Shown: one piece after another, positions 32,236 to 41,524 of the stretch
Position numbering within the stretch: the stretch's first letter is position 1
Layout: each line of letters opens with the position of its first letter
Assembly (NCBI GenBank): GCA_035710105.1
Contig: DASTDZ010000127.1
Location: 1-53,806 of the forward strand
DNA: 53,806 nucleotides
DNA from: Sphingomicrobium sp.
GTDB lineage: Bacteria > Pseudomonadota > Alphaproteobacteria > Sphingomonadales > Sphingomonadaceae
Direction of reading: 5' to 3'
Program-made: the position numbers and the translations under genes
Notes under the pieces: model-generated
What the model saw: only the letters and a program-made list of their open reading frames with translations
Databases searched by the model: none
Told to the model about the DNA's origin: nothing

Positions 32236-33261
32236 TTAGGCCGCGAGCCTGACGAACGAAAGCGGCTGCGCGGGCCGCAGCCGGATCGCGCCTCCCCGCT
32301 CCGTGTTGAAGGTCTCGCCGTCGAGGATGACGCTCGAGCTGTCGCCCTCGATTGTCACTTCGTCCACTTCCTCGAAATGGATTCCGGCCATCTTGCGGCC
32401 CTTGTAGCCGCCGGTCACCCCCGCGATCAGCGCCCGAAGGACCGAGGAGGGCCGCTCCTCGATCGCGACCAGCTTCAACGGTCCACGGCCCTCGCCGCCC
32501 GTCTCGCCCGACAGCAGCAGCTTCTCGAGCGTGGTCACAAACAACAGGGTGAAGCGGCCGGTCAGCGACGGGCTGCGTCCCGCCGAGACGCGCAGCGGAG
32601 ACGCCCGTGGCGGGAGGAAGCTGGCGCGCACCCTGAACAGCAGCTGGAAGAGGACGGCTATCGCGGTCAGCGCGTGGCTGAGCGCATTGGGAAGGCCGAG
32701 CGGGTAGATCTTGTCGCGGCAGTAAAGCATGGTGTCGGCAAGCCCGGCGCCGCCGAGGAACATGCCGATCACCGGCCGTTCCGAGCCATCCTTGCGAAGC
32801 GCGATCAGCTCGCGCGCAACGACATGCTCGGAGAGGTCGCCCTGGGCGAGACCGACCAGCCGCTCGAGCGAGCGGATCGGGTCGCCGCGAATGCCGAGGT
32901 CGAGCGCGATGAGGTTGGTCTTGCCGCTCGGCAGCACCGCCATCGGCGGCGGGCTGTCGCCGAAATGGCCGCCGTTGTGGATCTCGGTCAAGGCCGCCTG
33001 GACGGTGCCGTCGCCGCCGTTGATCACCAGCATCTTCGGCCGAACCCGGGCGATGCTGCGAAGCGCGTCGCCGATCTGCGAGACGTGCTCGACCTCGTAA
33101 TGGAAGATGTCCGGGTGGTCGGCGCAATATTCGCGGATACGCGAGAGCTGGGCGATGTTTCCGGTCGAGCGGGGGTTGGAGAGCAGCGCGACGCGCGGAC
33201 GGCCGCAGGGGCGCAAGGATACAAGGGCGCTCGGAGCCTGCTCCGCGGCCGCCCTCTCCAT
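32236..33261 (-). CDS. Diacylglycerol/sphingosine kinase-family protein (CpgB-like ceramide kinase)
   Basis: LSNPRS, INGGDGTVQ, LPSGKTNLIALDLG, ILDGE; start may be at 33285. Confidence 0.85.
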   Translation of the reverse strand: MERAAAEQAPSALVSLRPCGRPRVALLSNPRSTGNIAQLSRIREYCADHPDIFHYEVEHVSQIGDALRSIARVRPKMLVINGGDGTVQAALTEIHNGGHFGDSPPPMAVLPSGKTNLIALDLGIRGDPIRSLERLVGLAQGDLSEHVVARELIALRKDGSERPVIGMFLGGAGLADTMLYCRDKIYPLGLPNALSHALTAIAVLFQLLFRVRASFLPPRASPLRVSAGRSPSLTGRFTLLFVTTLEKLLLSGETGGEGRGPLKLVAIEERPSSVLRALIAGVTGGYKGRKMAGIHFEEVDEVTIEGDSSSVILDGETFNTERGGAIRLRPAQPLSFVRLAA

Positions 33262-33410
33262 CGTCCAGGCTTGCGTTTTCGACATGCTTTTGCTGACCGG
33301 CCCGCTATGCTTTCCACAAACAGCGGCGATGCCGTTTTTCGACCGGCCCACCGACCGCTTGCCCTGTCGGCCCGCTTTGCGGCCAAATGATGGTGTAGGA
33401 GCGACGGAAT

Positions 33411-34613
33411 TTGCACCGGCTGACGCTCATCGACCGCTATCTTGCCAAGACGATCGCGGTGCCGCTGATCGGGACCCTGGTCCTGGCGGCGATGCTGCTG
33501 GTGCTCGACAAGATGCTCCGGCTGTTCGACTTCGTCGTCAACACCGGCGGGCCGGTCAGCGTCGTCTGGAGGATGCTCGCCAACCTGCTTCCCGAATATT
33601 TCTCGCTCGGAATCCCGATCGGGCTGCTGCTCGGCATCCTGCTCGCGTTCCGCAAGCTCGCCTTGTCGTCCGAGCTCGACGCGCTTCGCGGGATCGGGAT
33701 CGGCTACGGTCGGCTGCTTCGCGTGCCTTATATGTATGCGGCCGGGCTGATGCTTCTGAACATCGTCATTGTCGGCTACGTCGACCCCATCGCCCACTAT
33801 CGCTACGAGGGGCTGCGCTTCGACCTGCGCTCCGGCGCGCTCGGGGCCTCGATCAAAGTCGGCGAGTTCAACCGCCTCGGCAAGCGGCTGACTCTCAGGA
33901 TCGACCGCAGCGAGGACGAGGGGACGAAACTCCACGGCATCTTCGTCCAGGTCGATGACGCTTCGGGGCAGAGCGTCGTCGCGACCGCCGATTCCGGACG
34001 CTTCCTCTCGACCGACGATCCGCAGGTGATCCTGTTCCGGCTGCACAACGGCCGCCTCGTCCAGCAGTCGCCGAAATTCCCGGCGCCGCGGACCCTGACC
34101 TTCGATACCTACGATCTGCCGATCACGGTGCCGGCGATCGACCAGTTCCGCCGCCGGGGGATGGATTATGACGAGCTCTACCTCAACGAGCTGTATCGGC
34201 TCGGCTACGGCGGCGCCGCGGCGACCCGAGAGCAGCAGCTCGGCGCGCAGTCGAACTTCAACTTCCGGATCGTCGAGATCCTGATGATGGCGATGCTGCC
34301 GATGCTCGCCGTGGCGCTTGCCGTCCCGCCCAAGCGCAGCACGTCGGCGCTCGGTATCTTCGTCGGGATCGTGATGGTCGTCGCCTATCACAAGATCAAC
34401 CAGTACGGCCTGTCGATGGGCGAGCAGGGGCGGGTCAACCCGATCCTCGCGCTGTGGGTGCCGTTCGCGCTTCTCGTGGCGCTGATCGGGTGGATGTACC
34501 ACGTTGTCGCGCACCACCCGGGTGGACAGCCGATCGCGGCCCTCGAATGGGCCGCGGCCAAGGCGGGGAGGCGGATCCGGGCGCTGCTGCCGAAGGCCCA
34601 GCCGGCCGGATGA
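33411..34613 (+). CDS. lptF: LptF/YjgP-family permease
   Basis: IDRYL, LPEYFSLGIPIG, SSELDAL...GIG; 3 TM-periplasmic-3 TM layout; TTG start with AGGAG RBS. Confidence 0.9.
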   Translation: MHRLTLIDRYLAKTIAVPLIGTLVLAAMLLVLDKMLRLFDFVVNTGGPVSVVWRMLANLLPEYFSLGIPIGLLLGILLAFRKLALSSELDALRGIGIGYGRLLRVPYMYAAGLMLLNIVIVGYVDPIAHYRYEGLRFDLRSGALGASIKVGEFNRLGKRLTLRIDRSEDEGTKLHGIFVQVDDASGQSVVATADSGRFLSTDDPQVILFRLHNGRLVQQSPKFPAPRTLTFDTYDLPITVPAIDQFRRRGMDYDELYLNELYRLGYGGAAATREQQLGAQSNFNFRIVEILMMAMLPMLAVALAVPPKRSTSALGIFVGIVMVVAYHKINQYGLSMGEQGRVNPILALWVPFALLVALIGWMYHVVAHHPGGQPIAALEWAAAKAGRRIRALLPKAQPAG

Positions 34614-35707
34614 TCAACCTCCAGTTCTTCCCGTCGCGGCAGCTCGCCTGGTACACGGTGCGGCTGTACCTGACCCGCACCTTCGCGGTCCTGGTGGGCT
34701 TGGTGCTGGTGTTGATGACGCTCGACCTGCTCGGGGAATCGGGCAAGATCCTGGCGGTCCCGGGCAATGGCGAATCCGAGCTGTGGCGTTACGTGGGCCT
34801 GCGCCTCCCGCTGCTGGTCGCGCGCTTCCTGCCCTTCTCGGTGTTGCTGGGGACCCTGATCGTCTTCGTCGCCCTCAATCAGAACAGCGAGGTGGTAGCG
34901 ATGAAGGCGGCCGGAGTCTCGGCGCACCAGATGCTCGCCCCGCTGATCCTTGCCAGCCTCGTCCTGTCGGTGCTCGCCTTCGCCTTCAACGAGACGGTCG
35001 TGGTGCGCTCGGCGCATGCGGTGAACGCGTGGAGCGAGAACGACTACCGGCCGATCAAGCCGGAAAGCGGCTCGCTGTCGAATGTGTGGGTTGCGCGCGG
35101 AGGCGACCTGATCCGCGCGCGGCATGTCGGCGGCCGCGGCGCCGACTTCCACGCCGAAGGCGTCACCATCTATCAGCGCCAGGGCGGCGCGCTGCGCCGG
35201 GTGATCGACGCCGAGCACGCGCATCCGCAGGGCGGCATGTGGCGGCTGACCAACGTTACCATCTACGATTCGGCGATGAACGTCGTTACCCGCACCCCGG
35301 AGATGACGGGGCTTTCCGGCCTCACGCCCGACCAGCTGACCCTGGCCAAGGTCGATCCCGACGAGACCAGCTTTTTCGAGCTTCGCCGCAAGATCGCGCA
35401 GATGGAGGCGGCCGGAAAGCCGACCGGGGAGGCGCGCGCCGGGCTGTGGCACAAGATTTCCGGGCCGCTGTCGATCGTCCTGATGCCCTTGCTCGCGGCG
35501 GTCGCGGCCTTCGGGCTCGCCCGCTCCGGCCAGGTGCTGCTTCGGGCGACGATCGGAATGGCGCTGGGGTTTGCCTATTTCGTCGCCGACAATTTCAGCC
35601 TGGCGATGGGCAATGTCGGCGCCTACCCGCCGCTGCTCGCCGCCTGGGCGCCCTTCTTCCTGTTCCTGCTGGTCGGCGAGACGGTGCTGATCCGAAGCGA
35701 GGAATAA
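34610..35707 (+). CDS. lptG: LptG/YjgQ-family permease
   Basis: FLPFSVLLG, NSEVVAMKAAGVS, PPLLAAWAP; ATGA overlap with lptF. Confidence 0.9.
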   Translation: MINLQFFPSRQLAWYTVRLYLTRTFAVLVGLVLVLMTLDLLGESGKILAVPGNGESELWRYVGLRLPLLVARFLPFSVLLGTLIVFVALNQNSEVVAMKAAGVSAHQMLAPLILASLVLSVLAFAFNETVVVRSAHAVNAWSENDYRPIKPESGSLSNVWVARGGDLIRARHVGGRGADFHAEGVTIYQRQGGALRRVIDAEHAHPQGGMWRLTNVTIYDSAMNVVTRTPEMTGLSGLTPDQLTLAKVDPDETSFFELRRKIAQMEAAGKPTGEARAGLWHKISGPLSIVLMPLLAAVAAFGLARSGQVLLRATIGMALGFAYFVADNFSLAMGNVGAYPPLLAAWAPFFLFLLVGETVLIRSEE

Positions 35708-35784
35708 GTAAATATCCGGAGATTGACGGGCCGATGCCCGCGCTGCTTTAGTGGTCAATCGATCGCGCCAAACAGGGGGTGCGC

Positions 35785-35979
35785 TTGGCAGACGAAGCCT
35801 ATCCGGCGGATGCTCACGATTACGAAAGCGAAGCCGAGGAGCTCGAACGGGTCGACTCGGCGATGCGCGACACGCCGCGCGGCGCGCTTGTCGTTTCAGG
35901 GATCGCGGTCGCCCTCCTGATGCTCGGCTGGCTGATCCTCTATTTCTTCGTGTTCATCCCGCGCGGGACGGTCGGTTGA
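35785..35979 (+). CDS. ba3-type cytochrome c oxidase subunit IIa (CbaD-like)
   Basis: TPRGALVVSGIAVALLMLGWLILYFFVFIPRG resembles Thermus subunit IIa (PKGAL...W..VY..F.ARG); start TTG 35785 or GTG 35779. Confidence 0.75.
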   Translation: MADEAYPADAHDYESEAEELERVDSAMRDTPRGALVVSGIAVALLMLGWLILYFFVFIPRGTVG

Positions 35980-36524
35980 TGGCGGTCAGCGAACGCGCGA
36001 TCCTGAAATCGGAAATCCGCTGGGCCTGGGTGGTCGGCGGCATCGTCGCCGTGATCCTGGGCGCGATCCTGTTCGCCGCTTTGTCGATGGGGATGAACCC
36101 GCCGAGCAACCGCGAATTTGTCGATCCCAAGACGCTTCACCTGTCGTCCGAGTTCACTGAAGCGAACCTGGGAACAAGCGTCGACCCGAACGGCCGGATC
36201 GTCGCGCGAATGATCACCACCCAGTTCGAGTTCGTACCGAACTGCATCGTTCTTCCGGCCGACCGGGACGTCACGCTTCGCTTCGCGTCGCCAGACGTGA
36301 TCCACGGGATCCTGATCACCGGAACCAACGTCAACACGATGGTCATCCCCGGCTATGTCGCGCAGGTGCATACCCGCCTGACGAAGACCGGCGACCTGCT
36401 GATGCCGTGCCATGAATATTGCGGGCTCGGGCACAGCCAGATGCTGGCGACTGTCAGGGTCGTTCCGCCGGAGCAGTTCCGGCCCGATTCGCAGGGAAGG
36501 GTGAGCTGTGGCGACGATCGCTGA
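35979..36524 (+). CDS. cbaB: B-family (ba3-type) heme-copper oxidase subunit II
   Basis: Single N-terminal TM; SPDVIHG and CHEYCGLGHSQM CuA motif; TGATG coupling. Confidence 0.92.
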   Translation: MAVSERAILKSEIRWAWVVGGIVAVILGAILFAALSMGMNPPSNREFVDPKTLHLSSEFTEANLGTSVDPNGRIVARMITTQFEFVPNCIVLPADRDVTLRFASPDVIHGILITGTNVNTMVIPGYVAQVHTRLTKTGDLLMPCHEYCGLGHSQMLATVRVVPPEQFRPDSQGRVSCGDDR

Positions 36525-38196
36525 GCCTGCGTCGGCCGCGCCGAAGCGCCGCCGGACGGCCGCCGCGACACGCGAGCTGCAGACAGGCCGCCTCGTCGCC
36601 GCGCACGTCTGGGTCGGCGTCGCCGCTTTCGCCGTCGCCTGCCTGCTCGGAGTCTGGCAGATGTGGGCGCGGAGCCCGATCGAGGCGCCCTATCATACGG
36701 CGTCCAACTATTTCCGCTCGGTCACTCTGCACGGCATTTCGATGGCGTTCGTCCTGACCACCTTCTTCATCATGGGCTTCGGCTATTATGTCGCCGAGAC
36801 CGCGCTCAGGCGCCCGCTTCCCGGCCTGAAGATCGCGTGGGGTGCGTTCGCGCTCGGTCTGGCCGGGACGCTGATGGCGGCGCTGTCGGTGATCAGCGGC
36901 AATGCATCGGTCCTATACACATTCTACCCGCCAATGACCGCCACCGCCTGGTTCTACATCGGGCTGGTGCTGGTTGTGGTCGCGTCCTGGGCCTGGTGTG
37001 TCCTGATGATCGTCGCGATGCGCGAGTGGAAGGCCGCCAACCCGGGCCAGGCCGTGCCGCTGGCGATGTTCGCGACCGTCGCCAATGCGGTGATGTGGTT
37101 GTGGACGACGCTCGGAGTCGCGGCCGAGCTGCTGTTCCAGGTGATCCCGGCGGCAATAGGCTGGAACGGTATGGTGGACGTCGGCCTTTCGCGCACCTTG
37201 TTCAGTTGGACCTTGCACGCGATCGTCTATTTTTGGCTCTTTCCGAGCTACATCGCCTTCTACACCATGTTCCCGAGGGCGGCCGGCGGGCGGCTCTTCT
37301 CCGATACGATGGGCCGGCTCGCGTTCATTCTCTTCCTTCTCTATTCGCTCCCCGTCGGGCTCCACCATCTGTTCATGGACCCCGAGCATTCCAACGGCTT
37401 CAAGTTCATCCAGATGTTCCTCACGGCGCTGGTCTCGGTGCCGACACTGCTCACCATCTTCACGATTACCGCCTCCGCCGAGATCGCCGGCAGGATGCGC
37501 GGCGGCCGCGGCCTGTTCGGCTGGGTGAGGGCGCTCCCGTGGGACCGGCCGATGGTTCTGGCGACGGGCCTTGCTTTCCTGATGCTGTTCTTCGGCGGCG
37601 GCGGCGGGCTCATCAACATGAGCTACGGGATGAATGCGATGGTCCACAACACCAGCTGGGTCACCGCTCACTTCCACCTGATCTTCGGCGGCACCGTCGT
37701 CATCATGTATTTCGCGATCGCCTATGCGATCTGGCCGAGCATCACCGGCCGCAACTTCGCGAACATGGGACTGCTCCGGATTCAGCTGTGGACCTGGTTC
37801 GTCGGGATGATGGTGATGACCCTGCCCTGGCACTGGACAGGACTCCAGGGGCAATGGCGGCGCGTCGCCGCATTCGATTATTCCGATCCCATGATCGCCG
37901 CCTGGGGGCCGTGGGTGATCGTGAGTCTGATCGGCGGCATCCTCCTCGCGGCGAGCGCGCTGCTGTTCGTTTACAACCTGGCGATCCTGCACCGTTCCGG
38001 AAGGCCGGGTGCTCGGCGCACCATTGACTATGCGCAGGCCGTCCACCCGCCGGGCCGGGTTCCGGCGGCGCTCAACGGCTTCGGCCTGTGGAACTGGCTC
38101 GTGGCGCTGCTGATGTTGCTCGCCTACGGCTATCCGATTGCCCAATTCTTTATCGACCCGCCGCCGCAGGCGGTGATCCATCGGGTGGCGGGATAA
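36508..38196 (+). CDS. cbaA: B-family (ba3-type) heme-copper oxidase subunit I
   Basis: TLHG heme ligand, LYTFYPP, RTLFSWTLHAIVYFW, VGLHHLF, VHNTSWVTAHFH, WRR. Confidence 0.92.
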   Translation: MATIAEPASAAPKRRRTAAATRELQTGRLVAAHVWVGVAAFAVACLLGVWQMWARSPIEAPYHTASNYFRSVTLHGISMAFVLTTFFIMGFGYYVAETALRRPLPGLKIAWGAFALGLAGTLMAALSVISGNASVLYTFYPPMTATAWFYIGLVLVVVASWAWCVLMIVAMREWKAANPGQAVPLAMFATVANAVMWLWTTLGVAAELLFQVIPAAIGWNGMVDVGLSRTLFSWTLHAIVYFWLFPSYIAFYTMFPRAAGGRLFSDTMGRLAFILFLLYSLPVGLHHLFMDPEHSNGFKFIQMFLTALVSVPTLLTIFTITASAEIAGRMRGGRGLFGWVRALPWDRPMVLATGLAFLMLFFGGGGGLINMSYGMNAMVHNTSWVTAHFHLIFGGTVVIMYFAIAYAIWPSITGRNFANMGLLRIQLWTWFVGMMVMTLPWHWTGLQGQWRRVAAFDYSDPMIAAWGPWVIVSLIGGILLAASALLFVYNLAILHRSGRPGARRTIDYAQAVHPPGRVPAALNGFGLWNWLVALLMLLAYGYPIAQFFIDPPPQAVIHRVAG

Positions 38197-38197
38197 G

Positions 38198-39076
38198 ATG
38201 GCGCGCCGACCGAAGAGCGGTCCAAAGACCCCCCGCCGGGACAAGCGCGGTGCCGCCGGGACTCCGCCAGAGCAGCGGACGCTCGACCGTCCGTGGCGGC
38301 TGTGGGCGAGCGTCGTCGTGGTCGCGGCGCTCGGAGTCGGCGGACTGCTCGGCTTCGTCGTCGTCCCGGCAGCGCAGAAGGAGAATGCGGGCCTCAGCAT
38401 GGGCCACGCGATGCAGCGAGCGGCCGGGCTTGAGCCCGGCTCGCCCGCGGCTCCGCAGCCGCTCGGCACGGCGAGCGCGATCCCGGTCTCGACGGTGAGC
38501 TGGGACCCCGAGATCATGGCGATCCTCGCGTCGGGCAACACCGAGCGAGGCGCCACGCTTGCCGCCCAGACCTGCGTCGCGTGCCACGGGGAAAAGGGAA
38601 TTTCCCAGACCGAATTCCCAAGCCTTGCCGGGCAGAGCGCCTATGCGATTTACAAGCAGCTTCACGATTATCGCTCGGGCGCGCGCGTCAATGACCAGAT
38701 GAGCCCGGTGGCACGGGCGCTGTCCCCGAGCGACCTTGCCGCAGTTGCCGCTTATTACAGCGATGCCTCGAAGGAATATGCGGCGCTTGGAAGCCGCGAC
38801 CACATTGGCGAGGCGAACATCGACCGCCTGGCCCGCGAGGGCGACAGCCGCCGACGACTCCCCGCCTGCCTCGCCTGCCACGTCAACGGCTCGGGCGGGC
38901 CGATCGAAACACCGGTGATCACTGGGCAGAGCAAGGATTACCTCCTCAGGCAGATGAACGACTTCGCGTCCGGAGCCCGCCGAAACGACGTTTATGGACG
39001 GATGCGCAACATCTCCAGGAAACTCACGCCCCAGGAGCGCGAGCAGCTCGCCCGCTATTTCGAGGGAACCTTCTAG
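38198..39076 (+). CDS. Membrane-anchored di-heme cytochrome c (c4-type)
   Basis: N-terminal TM; CVACH and CLACH; PSLAGQ...Y..KQL, Met ligands. Confidence 0.9.
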   Translation: MARRPKSGPKTPRRDKRGAAGTPPEQRTLDRPWRLWASVVVVAALGVGGLLGFVVVPAAQKENAGLSMGHAMQRAAGLEPGSPAAPQPLGTASAIPVSTVSWDPEIMAILASGNTERGATLAAQTCVACHGEKGISQTEFPSLAGQSAYAIYKQLHDYRSGARVNDQMSPVARALSPSDLAAVAAYYSDASKEYAALGSRDHIGEANIDRLAREGDSRRRLPACLACHVNGSGGPIETPVITGQSKDYLLRQMNDFASGARRNDVYGRMRNISRKLTPQEREQLARYFEGTF

Positions 39077-40171
39077 CTAGTAGTCGCGGACGCGCCAGCT
39101 GCTGCGCGCGAGACGGGCGACGAGGCCCGAAAGGCCGCGGTGGCTGGTCTCGTGATAGATCGATTCCGTGCCGAGCGCCGCGCACAGCCGCCGGTGCGCG
39201 GTTCCGAGCGCATGATAGGGCAGGCCCGGGAGCAGATGATGGAGCGCGTGGTAGCGCAGCCCCACCGGCGCCCACAGGATCGGAAGGGTCGCGGGCGGCG
39301 GCACATTGACGCTGTCGAGATATTGGGCGGTGACGCTCATCGGCTCGCCCTCATTCTCCCACAGATGCGCGACCAGGGTGCGGACCTGGTTCAGGAACAT
39401 GACGCCCGAGGTCACCCCGAGGAAGATGAGGAAGGCCTTCAAGGGAAGGACGCCGGTCGCGGTCAGCGCGATCAATGCGATTGCCCAGATGCTGCAGGCG
39501 GCCTCGAGGACCAGCCAGTCGCGCCGGAAGCGCCCTTCCGGGGCAGGGCGGCGGAAACGCGGGTTGATCTGAAGCCCCGAATATTTGGCGACCACCGTCT
39601 CGCGAAGCTTCGGCGAGAGCAGCGACAGCGGGGCGAGCAGCGCGAAGCGGATCAAGAGGCCGACCGGGGCAAGGAGCGCGGCGAGCAGGAACAGCGGCAG
39701 GGTCGAGGGCTTCATCAGCGCCAACGGCAGATATTCCGGATCGTCCGCCGTCCCGTAATAGCGCTTGGCGTGATGCTGGTTATGGACGCCCTCGTACATG
39801 AACGAGGGGACAAGCAGCGGCACGCCGACCAGCGCGTTCCAGACGAACCGGAAGCCGGGAACCGCGCGCGGCTTCAGATGGGTGATCTCGTGGATGAAGC
39901 TGCCGGCGCGGTAGAGGGCGAGGATCGCGACGAGGCCGGCGACAAGCGCCCAGCCGGCGGCCGGGACGAGTATGGCCGCGGCAAGCGCGCCATAGCCGAT
40001 GCCCGCAGAGAAGAGCAGGTCGAGCCAGTAGATCCGCCTGTCGGGCGAATTGAGCTCGCGCGTAAGGTCGGCGGCGGCCTTCAGCATCGCGCGGTCGTCG
40101 CAGGCGCGCACGGCCGGCACCGCGGCGGGCGCGGCAGAATAACGTTCGAATGTGACACTGTTGCTCATCAT
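39077..40171 (-). CDS. Membrane fatty-acid desaturase/hydroxylase family protein
   Basis: His boxes HEITH, HNQHH, HALHH; GAGG RBS before MMSNSV. Confidence 0.88.
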   Translation of the reverse strand: MMSNSVTFERYSAAPAAVPAVRACDDRAMLKAAADLTRELNSPDRRIYWLDLLFSAGIGYGALAAAILVPAAGWALVAGLVAILALYRAGSFIHEITHLKPRAVPGFRFVWNALVGVPLLVPSFMYEGVHNQHHAKRYYGTADDPEYLPLALMKPSTLPLFLLAALLAPVGLLIRFALLAPLSLLSPKLRETVVAKYSGLQINPRFRRPAPEGRFRRDWLVLEAACSIWAIALIALTATGVLPLKAFLIFLGVTSGVMFLNQVRTLVAHLWENEGEPMSVTAQYLDSVNVPPPATLPILWAPVGLRYHALHHLLPGLPYHALGTAHRRLCAALGTESIYHETSHRGLSGLVARLARSSWRVRDY

Positions 40172-40299
40172 CGCCTCGCCGAGTGGCAGCAGATAATGGC
40201 GGGGATATGGCCGGACAAGGAAGGCGCGCAGGTAATTCGGGGAATTCCCGAGCACATTCATGGCTGGCATCACAATATTGGGCGGGTTAGCCCTCGGCC

Positions 40300-41439
40300 A
40301 TGACCTCGAAGCTCGTTATCCGGCCCGTCGAGACAAGAGGCGACCGCAGGGCGTTCGTCGACTTCGTCTGGGACGTGTATCGGGACGATCCCGCCTGGGT
40401 GCCTCCCTTGAAGGCGGAGGTCCATGCGCTGCTCACCCCGGGAAAGAATCCCTGGTTCGAGCATGCGCGGGCCAAGCTGTGGCTCGCGGAGCGCGGCGGC
40501 AAAGCCGTCGGCCGCATCAGCGCCCAGGTGGACGATCTGGTCCTGCAGCAAATGGGCGAGGGCACTGGCCAGTGGGGGATGTTCGAGGCGCTGGACGGCG
40601 AGGCCGCGGCGGCGCTGATCGCCACCGCCGAGGACTGGCTTCGTGGGCAGGGCATGAGCCGCGCTTTGGGGCCCGTCAGCCTGTCGATCTGGGACGAGCC
40701 GGGACTGGAGATCGAAGGGTTTGACGAGCCGCCGACGGTAATGATGGGCCACCACCGCCCGGAATATCGCGGCTGGATCGAGGCGGCGGGCTATTCCAAG
40801 GCGAAGGACCTGCTCACCTACGAAGTCGGCATCGCCGACTGGCGAGACGAGCGGATCGACCGCCTGGTGGCGATGGGGGAGAAGAACCCGCGGATCCGCA
40901 TCCGAATGGTCGACAAAAGCCGGTTTGACGCCGAAGCGCGGGTGATCCTCGGCCTGCTGAACGACGCCTGGTCGGACAATTGGGGCTATGTTCCGCTGAC
41001 TCCAAGCGAGATCGCTTATGCGGGCAAGAAGCTGAAACCGATCATCTTCAACGAGCTGGTACGGGTTGCCGAATATGACGGCGAACCGGTCGCGTTCATG
41101 ATCACGCTTCCCGACATCAACGAGCTGACTCGCGACTTGAACGGCGAGTTGTTCCCGCTGGGCTGGGCGAAACTGCTGTGGCGCTTAAGGAAGCCGCGGA
41201 CGAAGCGGGCGCGAGTGCCGCTGATGGGCGTGGCGAAGAAGCTGCACGGCACCCGCCTTGCCTCGCAGCTCGCCTTCATGCTGATCGAGTTCACACGCCG
41301 CGATTGCGTCGGCAAGTTCGGCATCGGCACCGGCGAGTTCGGCTGGATCCTTGAGGACAACAAGGGGATGCTGTCGATCGCCGAGCTGCCCGGGGCGCGG
41401 GTCAACCACCGCTACCGAATTTACGAGAAAAGCTTGTAG
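40300..41439 (+). CDS. GNAT-like N-acyltransferase; probable bacterial ceramide synthase (bCerS-like)
   Basis: VY.DDPAWVPPL..E...L.PGKNPWF.H, VGRISAQ, NDAWSDNWGYVP, LPDIN, WILEDN; sphingolipid-locus context. Confidence 0.82.
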   Translation: MTSKLVIRPVETRGDRRAFVDFVWDVYRDDPAWVPPLKAEVHALLTPGKNPWFEHARAKLWLAERGGKAVGRISAQVDDLVLQQMGEGTGQWGMFEALDGEAAAALIATAEDWLRGQGMSRALGPVSLSIWDEPGLEIEGFDEPPTVMMGHHRPEYRGWIEAAGYSKAKDLLTYEVGIADWRDERIDRLVAMGEKNPRIRIRMVDKSRFDAEARVILGLLNDAWSDNWGYVPLTPSEIAYAGKKLKPIIFNELVRVAEYDGEPVAFMITLPDINELTRDLNGELFPLGWAKLLWRLRKPRTKRARVPLMGVAKKLHGTRLASQLAFMLIEFTRRDCVGKFGIGTGEFGWILEDNKGMLSIAELPGARVNHRYRIYEKSL

Positions 41440-41470
41440 AGACCGTCCGTCGGGACCGCGGCGAATGGCG

Positions 41471-41498
41471 TTGAACCAGACTGCGTTCACGCTAGAGT
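41471..41498 (+). promoter_or_regulatory. Candidate sigma70 promoter overlapped by inverted repeat TGAAC-N8-GTTCA
   Basis: TTGAAC-N16-TAGAGT with a palindrome at 41472-41489. Confidence 0.4.
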
Positions 41499-41524
41499 TG
41501 CGAGCAAGCAAGGGGGCATTCGCA

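Noticed and set aside
31243-33390. 715-aa plus-strand and 594-aa minus-strand alternative ORFs
   Set aside because: Shadow frames of the kinase and cytidylyltransferase genes; Arg/Ala/Pro-rich with no recognisable domain
35721-35760. Possible FNR/FixK box upstream of the ba3 operon (GATTGAC...GTCAATC)
   Set aside because: The half-sites are 26 nt apart rather than TTGA-N6-TCAA; more likely a sigma70 promoter or a chance inverted repeat
36508-38196. Nitric oxide reductase interpretation of subunit I
   Set aside because: The active-site Tyr and all CuB His ligands are retained, which fits an O2 reductase
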